DNA of 64,000 nucleotides, taken from assembly GCA_947177795.1 (NCBI GenBank), contig CAMWVR010000002.1, positions 25,764-89,763 on the forward strand. The letters are read 5' to 3'. Below are positions 47,912-57,759 of this stretch, one piece after another (within the stretch, counting starts at the first letter, position 1; every line of letters begins with the position of its first letter). Made by a program: the position numbers and the translations under genes. The notes under the pieces are model-generated. The model was not told the origin of the DNA. It saw nothing but the letters and a program-made list of their open reading frames with translations, and ran no database searches. The stretch comes from an uncultured Clostridia bacterium (GTDB taxonomy: Bacteria > Bacillota > Clostridia > Christensenellales > UBA3700).

Positions 47912-47942
47912 AAAACAAAAAGATACAGTAAAGAGGCAGAAA

Positions 47943-49199
47943 ATGATAAACATACCAAAGGGAACTAAAGACGTATTGCCAAGCGAGAGCTACAAGTGGC
48001 ACTATATCGAGAATACGGTAAGGGAAGTCGCAAGACTTTTCGGCGCCAACGAAGTGCGTACTCCGACTTTTGAACACACGGAATTGTTTTTGAGAGGAGT
48101 GGGCGACACGACGGATATTGTCAACAAGGAGATGTACACCTTTGAGGACAAGGGCAAGAGAAGTATTACATTGAAGCCCGAAGGGACGGCAGGCGTAGCA
48201 AGAGCATTTATTGAAAATTCGTTTTTCAATTCGCCTCAACCCACCAAGATGTATTATATCACGCCTGTATTTAGATATGAGAGACCGCAAGCAGGCAGAT
48301 TGAGAGAACACCACCAATTCGGAGTGGAGTTTTACGGCTCGTTTGCTCCCCAAGCCGACGTCGAAGTAATGTCTCTTGCCAAGAGCATTTTTGCAAAACT
48401 CGGAGTCAAGGACTTGCAACTCAATATCAATTCAATTGGTTGCAAGAGTTGTCGCAAGGAATACAACAAGGCGCTCAAGGATTATTTTTCCTCCAAGATC
48501 GACAAGATGTGCGCTACTTGCAAGGAACGGCTTGACAAAAATCCATTGAGAATACTCGATTGCAAGGAAGAGGCTTGCAAAGCAATAGTTAAGGACGCTC
48601 CCAACACGATAGATTATCTCTGCGACGACTGCAAGTCGCACCACGAGAGCGTATGCAAAGGCTTGACTTCGATAGGTCTTGATTACGTAGTCAATCCGCG
48701 TATCGTCAGAGGACTTGACTATTATACACGCACGGTATTTGAGTTTATCTCCACAGGCATAGGCGCTCAAGGTACCGTATGCGGCGGCGGCAGATACAAC
48801 GACCTCGTAGAGCAAGTAGGCGGCAAGCCGACTCCTGCGGTTGGTTTCGGTATGGGTATAGAGCGACTTATTATGGTACTCGAGAGCCTTGGACTTTCGA
48901 TAGGAGAGCCGTATGCGCCCGCCGTATATATCGCGCCGATGTGCGAAGATGCAAAGGACGTTGCGCTTACGCTTGCCAATTGCTTGAGAGCCAACGGCGT
49001 ATCGGCAGAGTTTGACATTATGGACAGGAGTTTTAAGGCGCAGATGAAATACGCCGACAAACTGTCCGCCGACTTCGTCGCAATTATTGGCGAAGATGAG
49101 TTGAAGGCTGACAAAGTTGCCGTCAAGAATATGAAGATCGGCGAGCAAGAGAGTGTAGAGACGAATAAACTCGTTGAGTATATTCAAAGTAAGAAGTAA
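47943..49199 (+). CDS. hisS: Histidine-tRNA ligase
   Basis: 418 aa with class II motifs: GTKDVLP, FRYERPQAGRLREHHQFGVE, and GGGRYNDL. Confidence 0.96.
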   Translation: MINIPKGTKDVLPSESYKWHYIENTVREVARLFGANEVRTPTFEHTELFLRGVGDTTDIVNKEMYTFEDKGKRSITLKPEGTAGVARAFIENSFFNSPQPTKMYYITPVFRYERPQAGRLREHHQFGVEFYGSFAPQADVEVMSLAKSIFAKLGVKDLQLNINSIGCKSCRKEYNKALKDYFSSKIDKMCATCKERLDKNPLRILDCKEEACKAIVKDAPNTIDYLCDDCKSHHESVCKGLTSIGLDYVVNPRIVRGLDYYTRTVFEFISTGIGAQGTVCGGGRYNDLVEQVGGKPTPAVGFGMGIERLIMVLESLGLSIGEPYAPAVYIAPMCEDAKDVALTLANCLRANGVSAEFDIMDRSFKAQMKYADKLSADFVAIIGEDELKADKVAVKNMKIGEQESVETNKLVEYIQSKK

Positions 49200-49216
49200 T
49201 GGTGAAGAAGTATCGA

Positions 49217-49320
49217 TAGACCTTTCGACTACGCTCAAGGTGACATTTTGATATGTCGTTTCGACTAGTCTAAAGTCATTTCGACTAGCCAATGTCATTT
49301 CGAGCGCAGTCGAGAAATCT
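49217..49320. repeat. Type-1 repeat cluster between hisS and aspS
   Basis: 49217-49244 (-, CCTT/AAGG, loop CGTAGT), degenerate heads at 49255 and 49276, and 49294-49320 (+, TTTC/GAAA, loop CGCAGT). Confidence 0.88.
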
Positions 49321-49409
49321 CAAACAGATTATATATGTTTGAGACGAACCCAACACATAATACTGATAAAATAATAATTATAATAATTAAAATAATAGAG
49401 GATAATAAT

Positions 49410-51203
49410 ATGGTAGATTTTTTAAACGGTTTAGAGAGAACGCATAAATGCGGAGAACTTCGCGGCAGTGACGCGGACAAGATAGTCACCGTAATGGGAT
49501 TTGTTGCAAAATACCGCAACTTGGGCAATTTGTTATTCATTGATTTGAGAGATATAAGCGGTGTTGTTCAAGTAGCATTTGACGATCAAGTCGACAAAAC
49601 TGTATTTGAAAAGGCTACTGCTATCCGCAACGAATACGTAATTGCCGTCACCGGCAAAGTGAGAAGCAGAGGTAGCAATATCAACAAGAATATGCCCACC
49701 GGCGAAGTAGAGATACTTGCCAGCGATTTGAGAATACTCTCGGAGGCGGAAGTCACGCCGTTTGTTATCACCGAAGATATGAAAGTAGGCGAGCCATTGA
49801 GACTTAAATACAGATATCTTGATTTGAGACGCAACTATCTGCAATCAATACTTATAATGAGAGACAAGATCACCAGAGTAGTTCGCAATTATTTGTCGGA
49901 CAACGGCTTTTTGGAGATAGAGACGCCTTTCTTGGGCAAGTCTACGCCCGAGGGCGCAAGAGACTATCTCGTGCCGTCGAGAATACATAACGGCGAATTC
50001 TACGCTCTTCCGCAATCTCCTCAACTTTTCAAGCAGTTGCTTATGATTGCAGGTATGGACAGATATTATCAGATCGCAAGATGTTTCCGCGACGAGGACT
50101 TGAGAGCCAACCGTCAACCCGAGTTTTCGCAGATAGACCTTGAGATGAGTTACGTCGAGGACAACGAGCAAGTTATGTCGATTGCCGAAGGACTTATCAA
50201 AAAGGTATTTAAAGAATGTTTGGGTATGGATATCACCGAGAAGTTCAGACGTATTCCATACAGCGAAGCAATGGAAAAATGGGGTAGCGATAAGCCAGAT
50301 ACGCGTTTTGACTTACAACTCAAGAATTTGTCTGACGTAGTCAAGGACTGCGGATTTTCAGTATTCGTCAACGCTATTGCAAGTGGCGGCAGCGTAAGAG
50401 CAATCAATGCAAAAGGACTTTGCTCCAAGATGACGCGCAAAGAAGTAGACGCTTGCGGAGAATTTGTCAAGAGTTACGGCGCAAAGGGACTTGCTTACGC
50501 AATGCTCCGCGAAGACGGCAGTATCACTTCGTCAATACTCAAATTCCTTACGGAAGACCAACAAAAAGCTATCTTTGAGAGAATGGACGCAGAGAAGGGA
50601 GATATACTCTTCTTTGTTGCAGACAAAGACAAAGTTGTATTCGACAGCCTCGGCGCATTGAGATGCCATATTGCCGACAAGTACGAACTCTATGACAAGA
50701 GCAAATTCGACTTCCTTTGGGTAGTAGATTTTCCGCTTCTCGAATACGACGAGGAAGAAAAGAGATACTTTGCCGTACACCACCCATTCACAAGCGCGTT
50801 GGTTGAAGACGTGCCGCTTTTGGATACCGATCCAAGCAAGGTACGCAGCAACGCTTACGATATGGTCATCAACGGTCAAGAAGCGGGCGGCGGAAGTATT
50901 CGTATACACGACTGGCATATGCAAGAAAAGATTTTCTCTTTGCTTGGCTTCACGCAAGAGGATATCGAAGAGAGATTCGGCTTTTTCGTCGAGGCGTTCA
51001 AATACGGCGCGCCACCGCACGGCGGACTTGCCTTTGGTCTCGACAGACTTACGATGCTCGTCACAGGTACGGACAATATAAAAGACGTAATCGCATTCCC
51101 AAAAGTGCAGAATGCTTCGTGTTTGATGACCGGAGCGCCTGCGCCGGTTGAAGACAAACAACTCAAAGAACTCGCAATCAACTTTGACAAAAAGGAAGAC
51201 TAA
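49410..51203 (+). CDS. aspS: Aspartate-tRNA ligase
   Basis: ATG at 49410 after AGAGGA, 597 aa, with an OB-fold N-domain, FRDEDLRANRQPEFSQID, the GAD insertion, and GGGSIRIH / GLDRL motifs. Confidence 0.95.
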   Translation: MVDFLNGLERTHKCGELRGSDADKIVTVMGFVAKYRNLGNLLFIDLRDISGVVQVAFDDQVDKTVFEKATAIRNEYVIAVTGKVRSRGSNINKNMPTGEVEILASDLRILSEAEVTPFVITEDMKVGEPLRLKYRYLDLRRNYLQSILIMRDKITRVVRNYLSDNGFLEIETPFLGKSTPEGARDYLVPSRIHNGEFYALPQSPQLFKQLLMIAGMDRYYQIARCFRDEDLRANRQPEFSQIDLEMSYVEDNEQVMSIAEGLIKKVFKECLGMDITEKFRRIPYSEAMEKWGSDKPDTRFDLQLKNLSDVVKDCGFSVFVNAIASGGSVRAINAKGLCSKMTRKEVDACGEFVKSYGAKGLAYAMLREDGSITSSILKFLTEDQQKAIFERMDAEKGDILFFVADKDKVVFDSLGALRCHIADKYELYDKSKFDFLWVVDFPLLEYDEEEKRYFAVHHPFTSALVEDVPLLDTDPSKVRSNAYDMVINGQEAGGGSIRIHDWHMQEKIFSLLGFTQEDIEERFGFFVEAFKYGAPPHGGLAFGLDRLTMLVTGTDNIKDVIAFPKVQNASCLMTGAPAPVEDKQLKELAINFDKKED

Positions 51204-51206
51204 TAT

Positions 51207-51884
51207 ATGTTTTCACGTACCCAAAAACTCATAGGAGAGGACGGCTTGCAAAGACTCTTTGCAAGCAAAGTCCTCGTCGTCGGCGTGGGGGGAGTAGGCG
51301 GATATGCCGTCGAAATGCTTGCCCGCGCGGGCGTCGGTACGTTGGGAATTATGGATGGAGATTTGGTGGATATCTCCAACAAAAACCGTCAGATAATAGC
51401 GCTTGATTCCACCGTGGGAAAACCCAAGGTGGAGGCTTTAAAGGAGAGAATACTCGATATAAATCCTTGTTGTAACGTAATTTTGTTCAACGAGCGTTTT
51501 TCCGCAGACAACTCCAATGTTTTGGATATGGAGTGGGACTATATAATCGACGCCATAGACTCTTTTGAAGACAAAGTGGATTTGATTTGCCTTGCTAAAA
51601 GAAAGGGCATTGAAATAATCAGCGCTATGGGCGCGGGCAACAGAGTTGAACTTTGCGACTTTGAGATATGCGATATATACAAGACGAGTTACGATCCATT
51701 GGCAAAAAAACTCCGAAAGGCGCTCAAAGACAGAGACGTAAATAATCACGTCGTGTGCTATACAAAGACGCCTACAATTCCGACGACAGACGGAGTGGGA
51801 AGCGTAAGTTATATACCTCCGCTTTGCGGAATTAAAATTGCGGGGTACGTTATTCAAAAAATACTTCAAGACGAGCGCGTATAG
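51207..51884 (+). CDS. tcdA: tRNA threonylcarbamoyladenosine dehydratase (TcdA/CsdL, ThiF/E1-like)
   Basis: 225 aa with the Rossmann motif VLVVGVGGVGGYAVEMLARAGVG and DxD...NRQ. The last 4 codons and the stop lie inside the type-2 repeat. Confidence 0.75.
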   Translation: MFSRTQKLIGEDGLQRLFASKVLVVGVGGVGGYAVEMLARAGVGTLGIMDGDLVDISNKNRQIIALDSTVGKPKVEALKERILDINPCCNVILFNERFSADNSNVLDMEWDYIIDAIDSFEDKVDLICLAKRKGIEIISAMGAGNRVELCDFEICDIYKTSYDPLAKKLRKALKDRDVNNHVVCYTKTPTIPTTDGVGSVSYIPPLCGIKIAGYVIQKILQDERV

Positions 51885-51996
51885 CGTCACTCTTTTTGCC
51901 CTAAAAACTAGGACGCACTCGGGGTCACGTACAGAAAGTACGCTCACCGCTCGTTTGCCGTTTCACGGACAAAAATAGCAACACTCTCCGCGCTCG
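51872..51996 (+). repeat. Type-2 long-hairpin element (125 nt) overlapping the 3' end of tcdA
   Basis: Terminal inverted repeats are CGAGCGCG (51872-51879) and CGCGCTCG (51989-51996). The apical hairpin is ACGTAC-AGAAA-GTACG. It shares blocks with 26281-26408. Confidence 0.85.
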
Positions 51997-52026
51997 GGTG
52001 ATACTTTAACATAAAAAGGAATATCT

Positions 52027-52812
52027 ATGAAAAAATTGCATATCGACAGCGGAAAAGACTTTGATTTCGGCAGGACGAGCGAATATTATGCAAAATACCG
52101 CGATATATATCCGCAAGAGTTTTATGACAAGTTACTGCAAAGGGATCTGTGCGTAAAAGGACAGAAGATATTGGACATTGGCACAGGCACTGGAGTATTG
52201 CCACGCAATTTATATAAATACGGCGGAGAGTTTGTCGGTATAGATATATCTGCCAATCAAATAGAGCACGCCAAGATTTTGGCGGAGCAAAGCGGTATGG
52301 ATATTGACTTTGACTGCGTTGCCGCAGAAAAGGCAAATTTTGCCGACGGTACATTTGACGTAATCACGGCGTGCCAGTGTTTTACTTATTTCAATCACAA
52401 GGTTTTGGCAAAACTACTTGCCGATATACTCAAAACTAATGGCAGAGTTGTAGTGTTATATATGGCGTGGCTGCCGTATGAAGACGCAATTGCATTAAAG
52501 AGTGAAGAACTTATCTTGAAGTATAATCCAACGTGGTCTGGGTGCGGAGAAGTAAGACGTAATATCGAGATACCACCCGACTATCAAAAGTATTTCAATA
52601 TCGAATATCGGGAAGTATTTGATTTAGACGTGCCATTTACACGCGAGAGTTGGCACGGCAGAATGAGAGCGTGTAGAGGCGTGGGCGCGAGCCTTTCGCA
52701 AGAAGATATAGCAAAGTGGGAAGAAGAGCATATCGCAATACTTCGCAACGACGCTCCTCAAGAATTTGTCGTAAAGCATTACGGCGCAATTTGCGTGCTT
52801 TGCAAAAAATGA
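52027..52812 (+). CDS. Class I SAM-dependent methyltransferase
   Basis: 261 aa with motif I (ILDIGTGTGVLP), post-I (VGIDIS), and motif II/III (FDVITACQCF...GRVVV). Confidence 0.8.
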   Translation: MKKLHIDSGKDFDFGRTSEYYAKYRDIYPQEFYDKLLQRDLCVKGQKILDIGTGTGVLPRNLYKYGGEFVGIDISANQIEHAKILAEQSGMDIDFDCVAAEKANFADGTFDVITACQCFTYFNHKVLAKLLADILKTNGRVVVLYMAWLPYEDAIALKSEELILKYNPTWSGCGEVRRNIEIPPDYQKYFNIEYREVFDLDVPFTRESWHGRMRACRGVGASLSQEDIAKWEEEHIAILRNDAPQEFVVKHYGAICVLCKK

Positions 52813-52895
52813 CTTATTATAAAAATTTTTGGTATTGACAAACGTATTTTGAAGTTTTATAATTCAATTAAAACAAACATCAACGGAGTTATATT

Positions 52896-54539
52896 ATGTT
52901 TAACAAAAAGCAAATTGACGATGTTATCAAAAATGAGCGCAAAGACGTCGCTGCAGGTATTTTCGAACAGATGGAAAAACTTGCAGACGCGCAAGAGCGT
53001 CAAGAGGAGTTTTACGAGAGCGCGAGTATAGAAACGTTGCGTGATCTTGTTGAAAACGGAGATGACGAGGCTTGTTCATATTATATAAACAAGCGTATTC
53101 ACGAGGACCAAGCCCTTGATTGGAATGACATAGAGTATCTTGATTTGGCTATAAAAAATCTAAATTACTCGGCGTCTCTCATCGGTGCGTACATATACGG
53201 CTTAAGGGATTCCCGATTTAAAGACGTTGAAAAAGAATTTTTCAGTTATGCTGTCTGCGAGCAATATACTGATTCAGACGCGCATAAACAACTTGATAAG
53301 GCTTATAAAAAGAATTCTTCGCTGATAGAGGAAGTAGACAAAGCGATTTTGTCGGTATGTCTCGACAGGTGGGCGGCGTCGACTCTTAGAGGCGAAAAAT
53401 ACTTTTCTTTCACGGCTCAACTAAACAGCGCAGACAAGAGTTCGGAATTGCCGGATTGGAAGTCGGCGTACGTGCTTGAAATTTATCTTACTCACGAAAA
53501 CGGACGCGAATCAGATCCCGAAGAACTCTACATAGCGTATATTAGAGGCAAAGATAAAGACGGCTATATTGGCGCGCTTTGTAACAATTTGGCGGAAATA
53601 CTATCTATTATCGCTCAAAAGACAGGTTTGTCTGCGGGAGATATATACGTTGACGGCAAAAAGTATTTTCACTACGGAGCAAGCGTGTCTGCAAAGAAGA
53701 GCGTAGTCGAAGACTCTGTTAAAATTGTGTCCGACGCAAATTTAAAAGTCAACGTCAGCGATGAAGGCAGACTTAAAAGCAATATATGCAGTTATTGCGG
53801 CGGCGCGACGGATTTTGGAGGGGTGTGTTCTGTTTGCGGTAAAAGACAGAACGACCAAGACGATGGCAGTATTGTCATACGAAAAGGCAAGAATACCGAA
53901 GCGCTTAGATGCACTCAGTGCGGATCTCCCATCAAACTTGAGGATAATTGCAAGACGGCGTACTGTTCGGCGTGCGGTACTACTTTTGCCGTAAACGGTA
54001 GCGCCCTTACGGACGGCGTATTCGGTCTCAACTATGAGAACATTCGCGCAGATATGCCTGAAGGCGCTCAATTGCCGTCAGTCGAGTTTGTAAGAGCAAG
54101 CATTGTAGAAGGCGCAATAACGGCGATAATGCCTCGCAACTTTATCGTTATGTCAGACGAAATTCGCAAAATAAAATATCCTGTCAATGCGCCAAAATAT
54201 ATTTACACCACTCCCGATACGACAGTCAATCTTAATATCAATATCACCGGAGCGCTTCAAGAAAAAGACGTCTTTGATTTCGGCAGGTATATGCTGACTG
54301 CGCTTAAGAGCGCTTATTCCACGGCAAAGTTCGGAGAGGCAAAAATGATTGATAAGCCGAGAAAAGTTTTTTTCATTGACTTTATCACTGCGGGTATGGA
54401 TCAAAGTATTTATAATGCTATGTTTTTCTTTTCTTACAACGGAAAACAAGGTGTCGGATCTTGGAACTGTTTGGGGAAGGATCGCTGGTTTTGGGCGCCT
54501 ATATTTGAACACGCAGTGAGAACTATGGAGTTTAAATGA
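52896..54539 (+). CDS. Hypothetical 547-aa protein with two central zinc-ribbon motifs
   Basis: A long intact ORF with CSYCGG..(8)..CSVCG and CTQCGS..(12)..CSACG pairs. The N- and C-terminal domains are unrecognised. Confidence 0.65.
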   Translation: MFNKKQIDDVIKNERKDVAAGIFEQMEKLADAQERQEEFYESASIETLRDLVENGDDEACSYYINKRIHEDQALDWNDIEYLDLAIKNLNYSASLIGAYIYGLRDSRFKDVEKEFFSYAVCEQYTDSDAHKQLDKAYKKNSSLIEEVDKAILSVCLDRWAASTLRGEKYFSFTAQLNSADKSSELPDWKSAYVLEIYLTHENGRESDPEELYIAYIRGKDKDGYIGALCNNLAEILSIIAQKTGLSAGDIYVDGKKYFHYGASVSAKKSVVEDSVKIVSDANLKVNVSDEGRLKSNICSYCGGATDFGGVCSVCGKRQNDQDDGSIVIRKGKNTEALRCTQCGSPIKLEDNCKTAYCSACGTTFAVNGSALTDGVFGLNYENIRADMPEGAQLPSVEFVRASIVEGAITAIMPRNFIVMSDEIRKIKYPVNAPKYIYTTPDTTVNLNINITGALQEKDVFDFGRYMLTALKSAYSTAKFGEAKMIDKPRKVFFIDFITAGMDQSIYNAMFFFSYNGKQGVGSWNCLGKDRWFWAPIFEHAVRTMEFK

Positions 54540-54633
54540 CGTATCATTAATAAAAATAGTCATTGATTTTGTTGATTATCAGATTGCTGATATGATAGAA
54601 TAAAACAGTAAATATTTATTTTAGGAGAAACTT

Positions 54634-55890
54634 ATGATAGATTTTAAAGTTATCAGAGATACCGATCCAGAAGTTTGCGACGCTTTGGAATTGGAACTTA
54701 CCCGTCAACAGGGCAATATTGAACTCATCGCCAGCGAGAATATCGTCACACCGGCGGTTATGGCTGCCGCAGGATCGCACTTGACCAACAAGTACGCAGA
54801 GGGATATCCCGCAAAGAGATATTACGGCGGTTGCGAATACGTAGATATCGTGGAGAAACTTGCCGTCGAGAGAGCGTGCGAGCTTTTTGGCGCTAAGTAC
54901 GCCAACGTGCAGGCTCACAGCGGCGCAAATGCAAATCTTGCCACTTTCTTTGCTTTGTTGCAGACGGGCGACACGGTGCTCAGTATGAGTCTCGCTCACG
55001 GCGGACACCTATCTCACGGAAGCCCTGTCAATATATCGGGCAAATACTTTAATATCGTTCCTTACGAAGTAGAGCAATCTACGAGTATGATAGATTATGA
55101 CAAAGTTGCTCAACTTGCAAAAGAATGCAAGCCAAAACTCATTCTTGCAGGCGCAAGCGCATACCCAAGAGGGCTTGACTTCAAGAAGTTCAGAGAGATT
55201 GCAGACAGCGTAGGCGCATATCTTATGGTAGATATGGCTCACATCGCAGGACTTGTTGCCGCAGGCTGTCACGCAAGCCCCGTTCCTTACGCAGACGTAG
55301 TCACTACCACGACTCACAAGACTTTGAGAGGACCTAGAGGCGGACTTATTCTTACCAACAACGAAGAGATTGCCACCAAGATAAACAAGGCTATTTTCCC
55401 GGGTACGCAGGGCGGACCGCTTATGCATATCATTGCGGCAAAGGCCGTCGCTCTCAAAGAGGCTATGAGCGAAGAATTCAAGCAATATCAAAGACAGATC
55501 GTCAAGAATGCTCAAGTGCTTGCCAAGGCTTTGCTTGATAAGGGCATTAATCTCGTATCGGGCGGTACCGACAATCATTTGATGCTCATTGACCTTACTT
55601 CCAAGGGCATGACTGGCAAAGATCTCGAGGCATTGCTCGACAAGGCTCACATTACCGCAAATAAGAACGCTATTCCTTTCGATACACAAAAGCCGTTCGT
55701 CACTTCGGGTGTGCGCATAGGTACTCCTGCCGTTACGTCAAGAGGTATGAAAGAGGACGATATGCTCGTCATTGCAGATTGCATAGCAGATCTCGTCGAC
55801 AACAAAGAAGAGGCTATAGAGCGTTGCTCCAAGAAAGTTGCCGAACTTTGCAAAAAGTATCCTATCTACGCAAACGACATTATAAGATAA
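54634..55890 (+). CDS. glyA: Serine hydroxymethyltransferase
   Basis: 418 aa with ELIASEN, the PLP site [14 protein letters not shown], and a GTPAVTSRG tail. Confidence 0.97.
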   Translation: MIDFKVIRDTDPEVCDALELELTRQQGNIELIASENIVTPAVMAAAGSHLTNKYAEGYPAKRYYGGCEYVDIVEKLAVERACELFGAKYANVQAHSGANANLATFFALLQTGDTVLSMSLAHGGHLSHGSPVNISGKYFNIVPYEVEQSTSMIDYDKVAQLAKECKPKLILAGASAYPRGLDFKKFREIADSVGAYLMVDMAHIAGLVAAGCHASPVPYADVVTTTTHKTLRGPRGGLILTNNEEIATKINKAIFPGTQGGPLMHIIAAKAVALKEAMSEEFKQYQRQIVKNAQVLAKALLDKGINLVSGGTDNHLMLIDLTSKGMTGKDLEALLDKAHITANKNAIPFDTQKPFVTSGVRIGTPAVTSRGMKEDDMLVIADCIADLVDNKEEAIERCSKKVAELCKKYPIYANDIIR

Positions 55891-55905
55891 ACGCGTCGTT
55901 ATGAC

Positions 55906-55991
55906 GTCATTTCGCTGGACACTGCGAAATGGAGAAATCTCAATCCTTACGTCGTCATTTCGACCGTAGCGTAGCGAAGCGGAGAAATCTA
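55906..55991 (+). repeat. Type-1 repeat pair after glyA
   Basis: 55906-55940 is a variant with TTTC/GAAA boxes, the 5' GA replaced, and an inner ATTTCGC/GCGAAAT stem. 55954-55991 is canonical with TTTC/GAAA boxes and loop CGTAG-CGTAG-CGAAG-C. Confidence 0.85.
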
Positions 55992-56010
55992 AAACAATAT
56001 CAACAGCATT

Positions 56011-56050
56011 AAAATACGCTTGGTTTTACAATCGGGCGTATTTTTATTTT
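56011..56050 (+). terminator. Probable glyA terminator
   Basis: AAAATACGC...(17 nt)...GCGTATTTT followed by TATTTT. Confidence 0.5.
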
Positions 56051-56066
56051 ATATGTATAAAAACTG

Positions 56067-56115
56067 TTGACAAGCAAATAACATTAGAGTAAAATAAACC
56101 TAGTAAATTACTAGG
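56067..56115 (+). promoter_or_regulatory. Candidate promoter plus palindromic operator of the Rrf2-nifS-nifU operon
   Basis: TTGACA (56067-56072), a 17-nt spacer, then TAAAAT (56090-56095). Just downstream is the 17-bp palindrome CCTAGTAA-A-TTACTAGG (56099-56115). Confidence 0.5.
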
Positions 56116-56128
56116 GAATGAGGTCGCA

Positions 56129-56569
56129 ATGAAATTATCTTCCAAAGCGAGATACGGACTTAAAGCAATGTGCTATATGGCAGACCGTCACGGCGACGGT
56201 GTCATCAGTCTGTCCACGATGTCGTCAAGTATAGGCGTGAGTGAGAAGTATCTTGAACAACTCATATCCACGCTTCGCAAAGCGGGACTGATTTCCGCCA
56301 ATCGCGGAGCCAACGGCGGATACTTTTTGTCCAAAGATCCCGATGAGATTTCCGTGGGAGAAATAATCAGAGCGCTTGAAGACGGACTTGTGATCATTGA
56401 CTGTCTGTCGGGCGAGTGCGACAGCAAATGCGGCTGTTCGACCAATCCGTGCGACGGCGACGGCAAATGCAATTGCAAGACCTACAACGTATGGAATAAG
56501 TTATACGAAGCTATCAACGACTGTTTGGACTCAATGTCCCTGTCGAGTCTTTTGAAGAAAGAGGTGTAA
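56129..56569 (+). CDS. Rrf2-family transcriptional regulator (IscR/CymR-like)
   Basis: 146 aa starting MKLSSKARYGLKAMCYMA, with a winged HTH and a Cys-rich C-terminal half (CLSGECDSKCGCSTNPCDGDGKCNC). Confidence 0.88.
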   Translation: MKLSSKARYGLKAMCYMADRHGDGVISLSTMSSSIGVSEKYLEQLISTLRKAGLISANRGANGGYFLSKDPDEISVGEIIRALEDGLVIIDCLSGECDSKCGCSTNPCDGDGKCNCKTYNVWNKLYEAINDCLDSMSLSSLLKKEV

Positions 56570-56570
56570 T

Positions 56571-57746
56571 ATGTCACAAGACAAGTTTATATATTTGGAT
56601 AATTCAGCCACTACTTATACCGATCCGAGAGTCATAGAAGAGATGATGCCGTACTTTGGCGAAATATACGGCAATGCGTCGTCTCAACACTTTTTGGGCA
56701 GACAGGCTCTCAAGGCCGTGGACGAAGCGAGAGCAAAAATAGCCAAGGCAATAGGCGCAAAACCCAGCGAGATTTATTTCACTTCGGGCGGAACGGAGAG
56801 TGACAACTGGGCAATCAAGGGCATTGCTCAATCCAAAGCCGACAAGGGCAAGCATATCATTACGTCTTGTATAGAGCATCCCGCATTGATGAAGACTTGC
56901 GAGAGTTTGCAAAAGCAGGGATACGAGATCACTTATTTGCCTGTCGATAATGAGGGTATTATCTCCCTTGACGATTTGCAAAAGGCGATAAGAGAGGATA
57001 CTATACTTATATCCATAATGACCGCCAACAACGAGATTGGCGCCATTCAGCCGTTCAGGGAGATAGGCGCTATCGCCAAGAGCAAGGGTATAGTATTCCA
57101 TACCGACGCAGTGCAGGCGGTGGGCAACGTACCTATCGACGTCGTCAAAGACAACATTGATCTTTTGTCAATGAGCGGACATAAGTTTTACGGCCCCAAG
57201 GGTGTAGGCGTACTCTATAAGCGCAACGGACTGAAGATTGGCAGATTTATGGACGGAGGCGAGCAAGAGCGCAATCTTCGCGCGTCGACTATCAACACTC
57301 CTGCGATAGTGGGCATGGGCAAGGCGATAGAGATCGCCGTCGAAGACATGGCAAAAAACAACGCTCATATCAGCGAGATAAGAGATTATTTTGTCAAAGA
57401 AGTCTTGGCAAATATCGACGAGATATATTACAACGGACCAAAGGACAATGCCAAGAGATTGCCGTCCAACGCAAACTTTTCTTTCAAGTATATCGAGGGA
57501 GAGTCGATACTCATGCATTTGGATATGGCAGGTATTGCGGTGTCCAGCGGTTCGGCTTGTTCTTCGGGGTCGCTTGAGCCGTCTTACGTACTTTTGTCCA
57601 TAGGCGTGCCGATTGAAGTTGCGCACGGGTCGATAAGATTTTCGTTTGGCAAAAACAATACGATAGAAGAAGCAAAATACACGATAGATAAATTAGTTCA
57701 GACGGTCAAGACGTTGAGAATGATGTCGCCGCTCTACAACAAATAA
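56571..57746 (+). CDS. nifS: Cysteine desulfurase (NifS/IscS type)
   Basis: 391 aa with YLDNSATT, the PLP lysine SMSGHKFYGPKG, and the active-site loop SSGSACSS. Confidence 0.94.
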   Translation: MSQDKFIYLDNSATTYTDPRVIEEMMPYFGEIYGNASSQHFLGRQALKAVDEARAKIAKAIGAKPSEIYFTSGGTESDNWAIKGIAQSKADKGKHIITSCIEHPALMKTCESLQKQGYEITYLPVDNEGIISLDDLQKAIREDTILISIMTANNEIGAIQPFREIGAIAKSKGIVFHTDAVQAVGNVPIDVVKDNIDLLSMSGHKFYGPKGVGVLYKRNGLKIGRFMDGGEQERNLRASTINTPAIVGMGKAIEIAVEDMAKNNAHISEIRDYFVKEVLANIDEIYYNGPKDNAKRLPSNANFSFKYIEGESILMHLDMAGIAVSSGSACSSGSLEPSYVLLSIGVPIEVAHGSIRFSFGKNNTIEEAKYTIDKLVQTVKTLRMMSPLYNK

Positions 57747-57759
57747 AGGAGTAATTATT

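Noticed and set aside
49335-49409. N-terminal extension of aspS encoding a poly-Ile run (KIIIIIIKIIEDNN)
   Set aside because: It translates an AT-rich spacer. The ATG at 49410 has an RBS and yields the conserved AspRS N-terminus.
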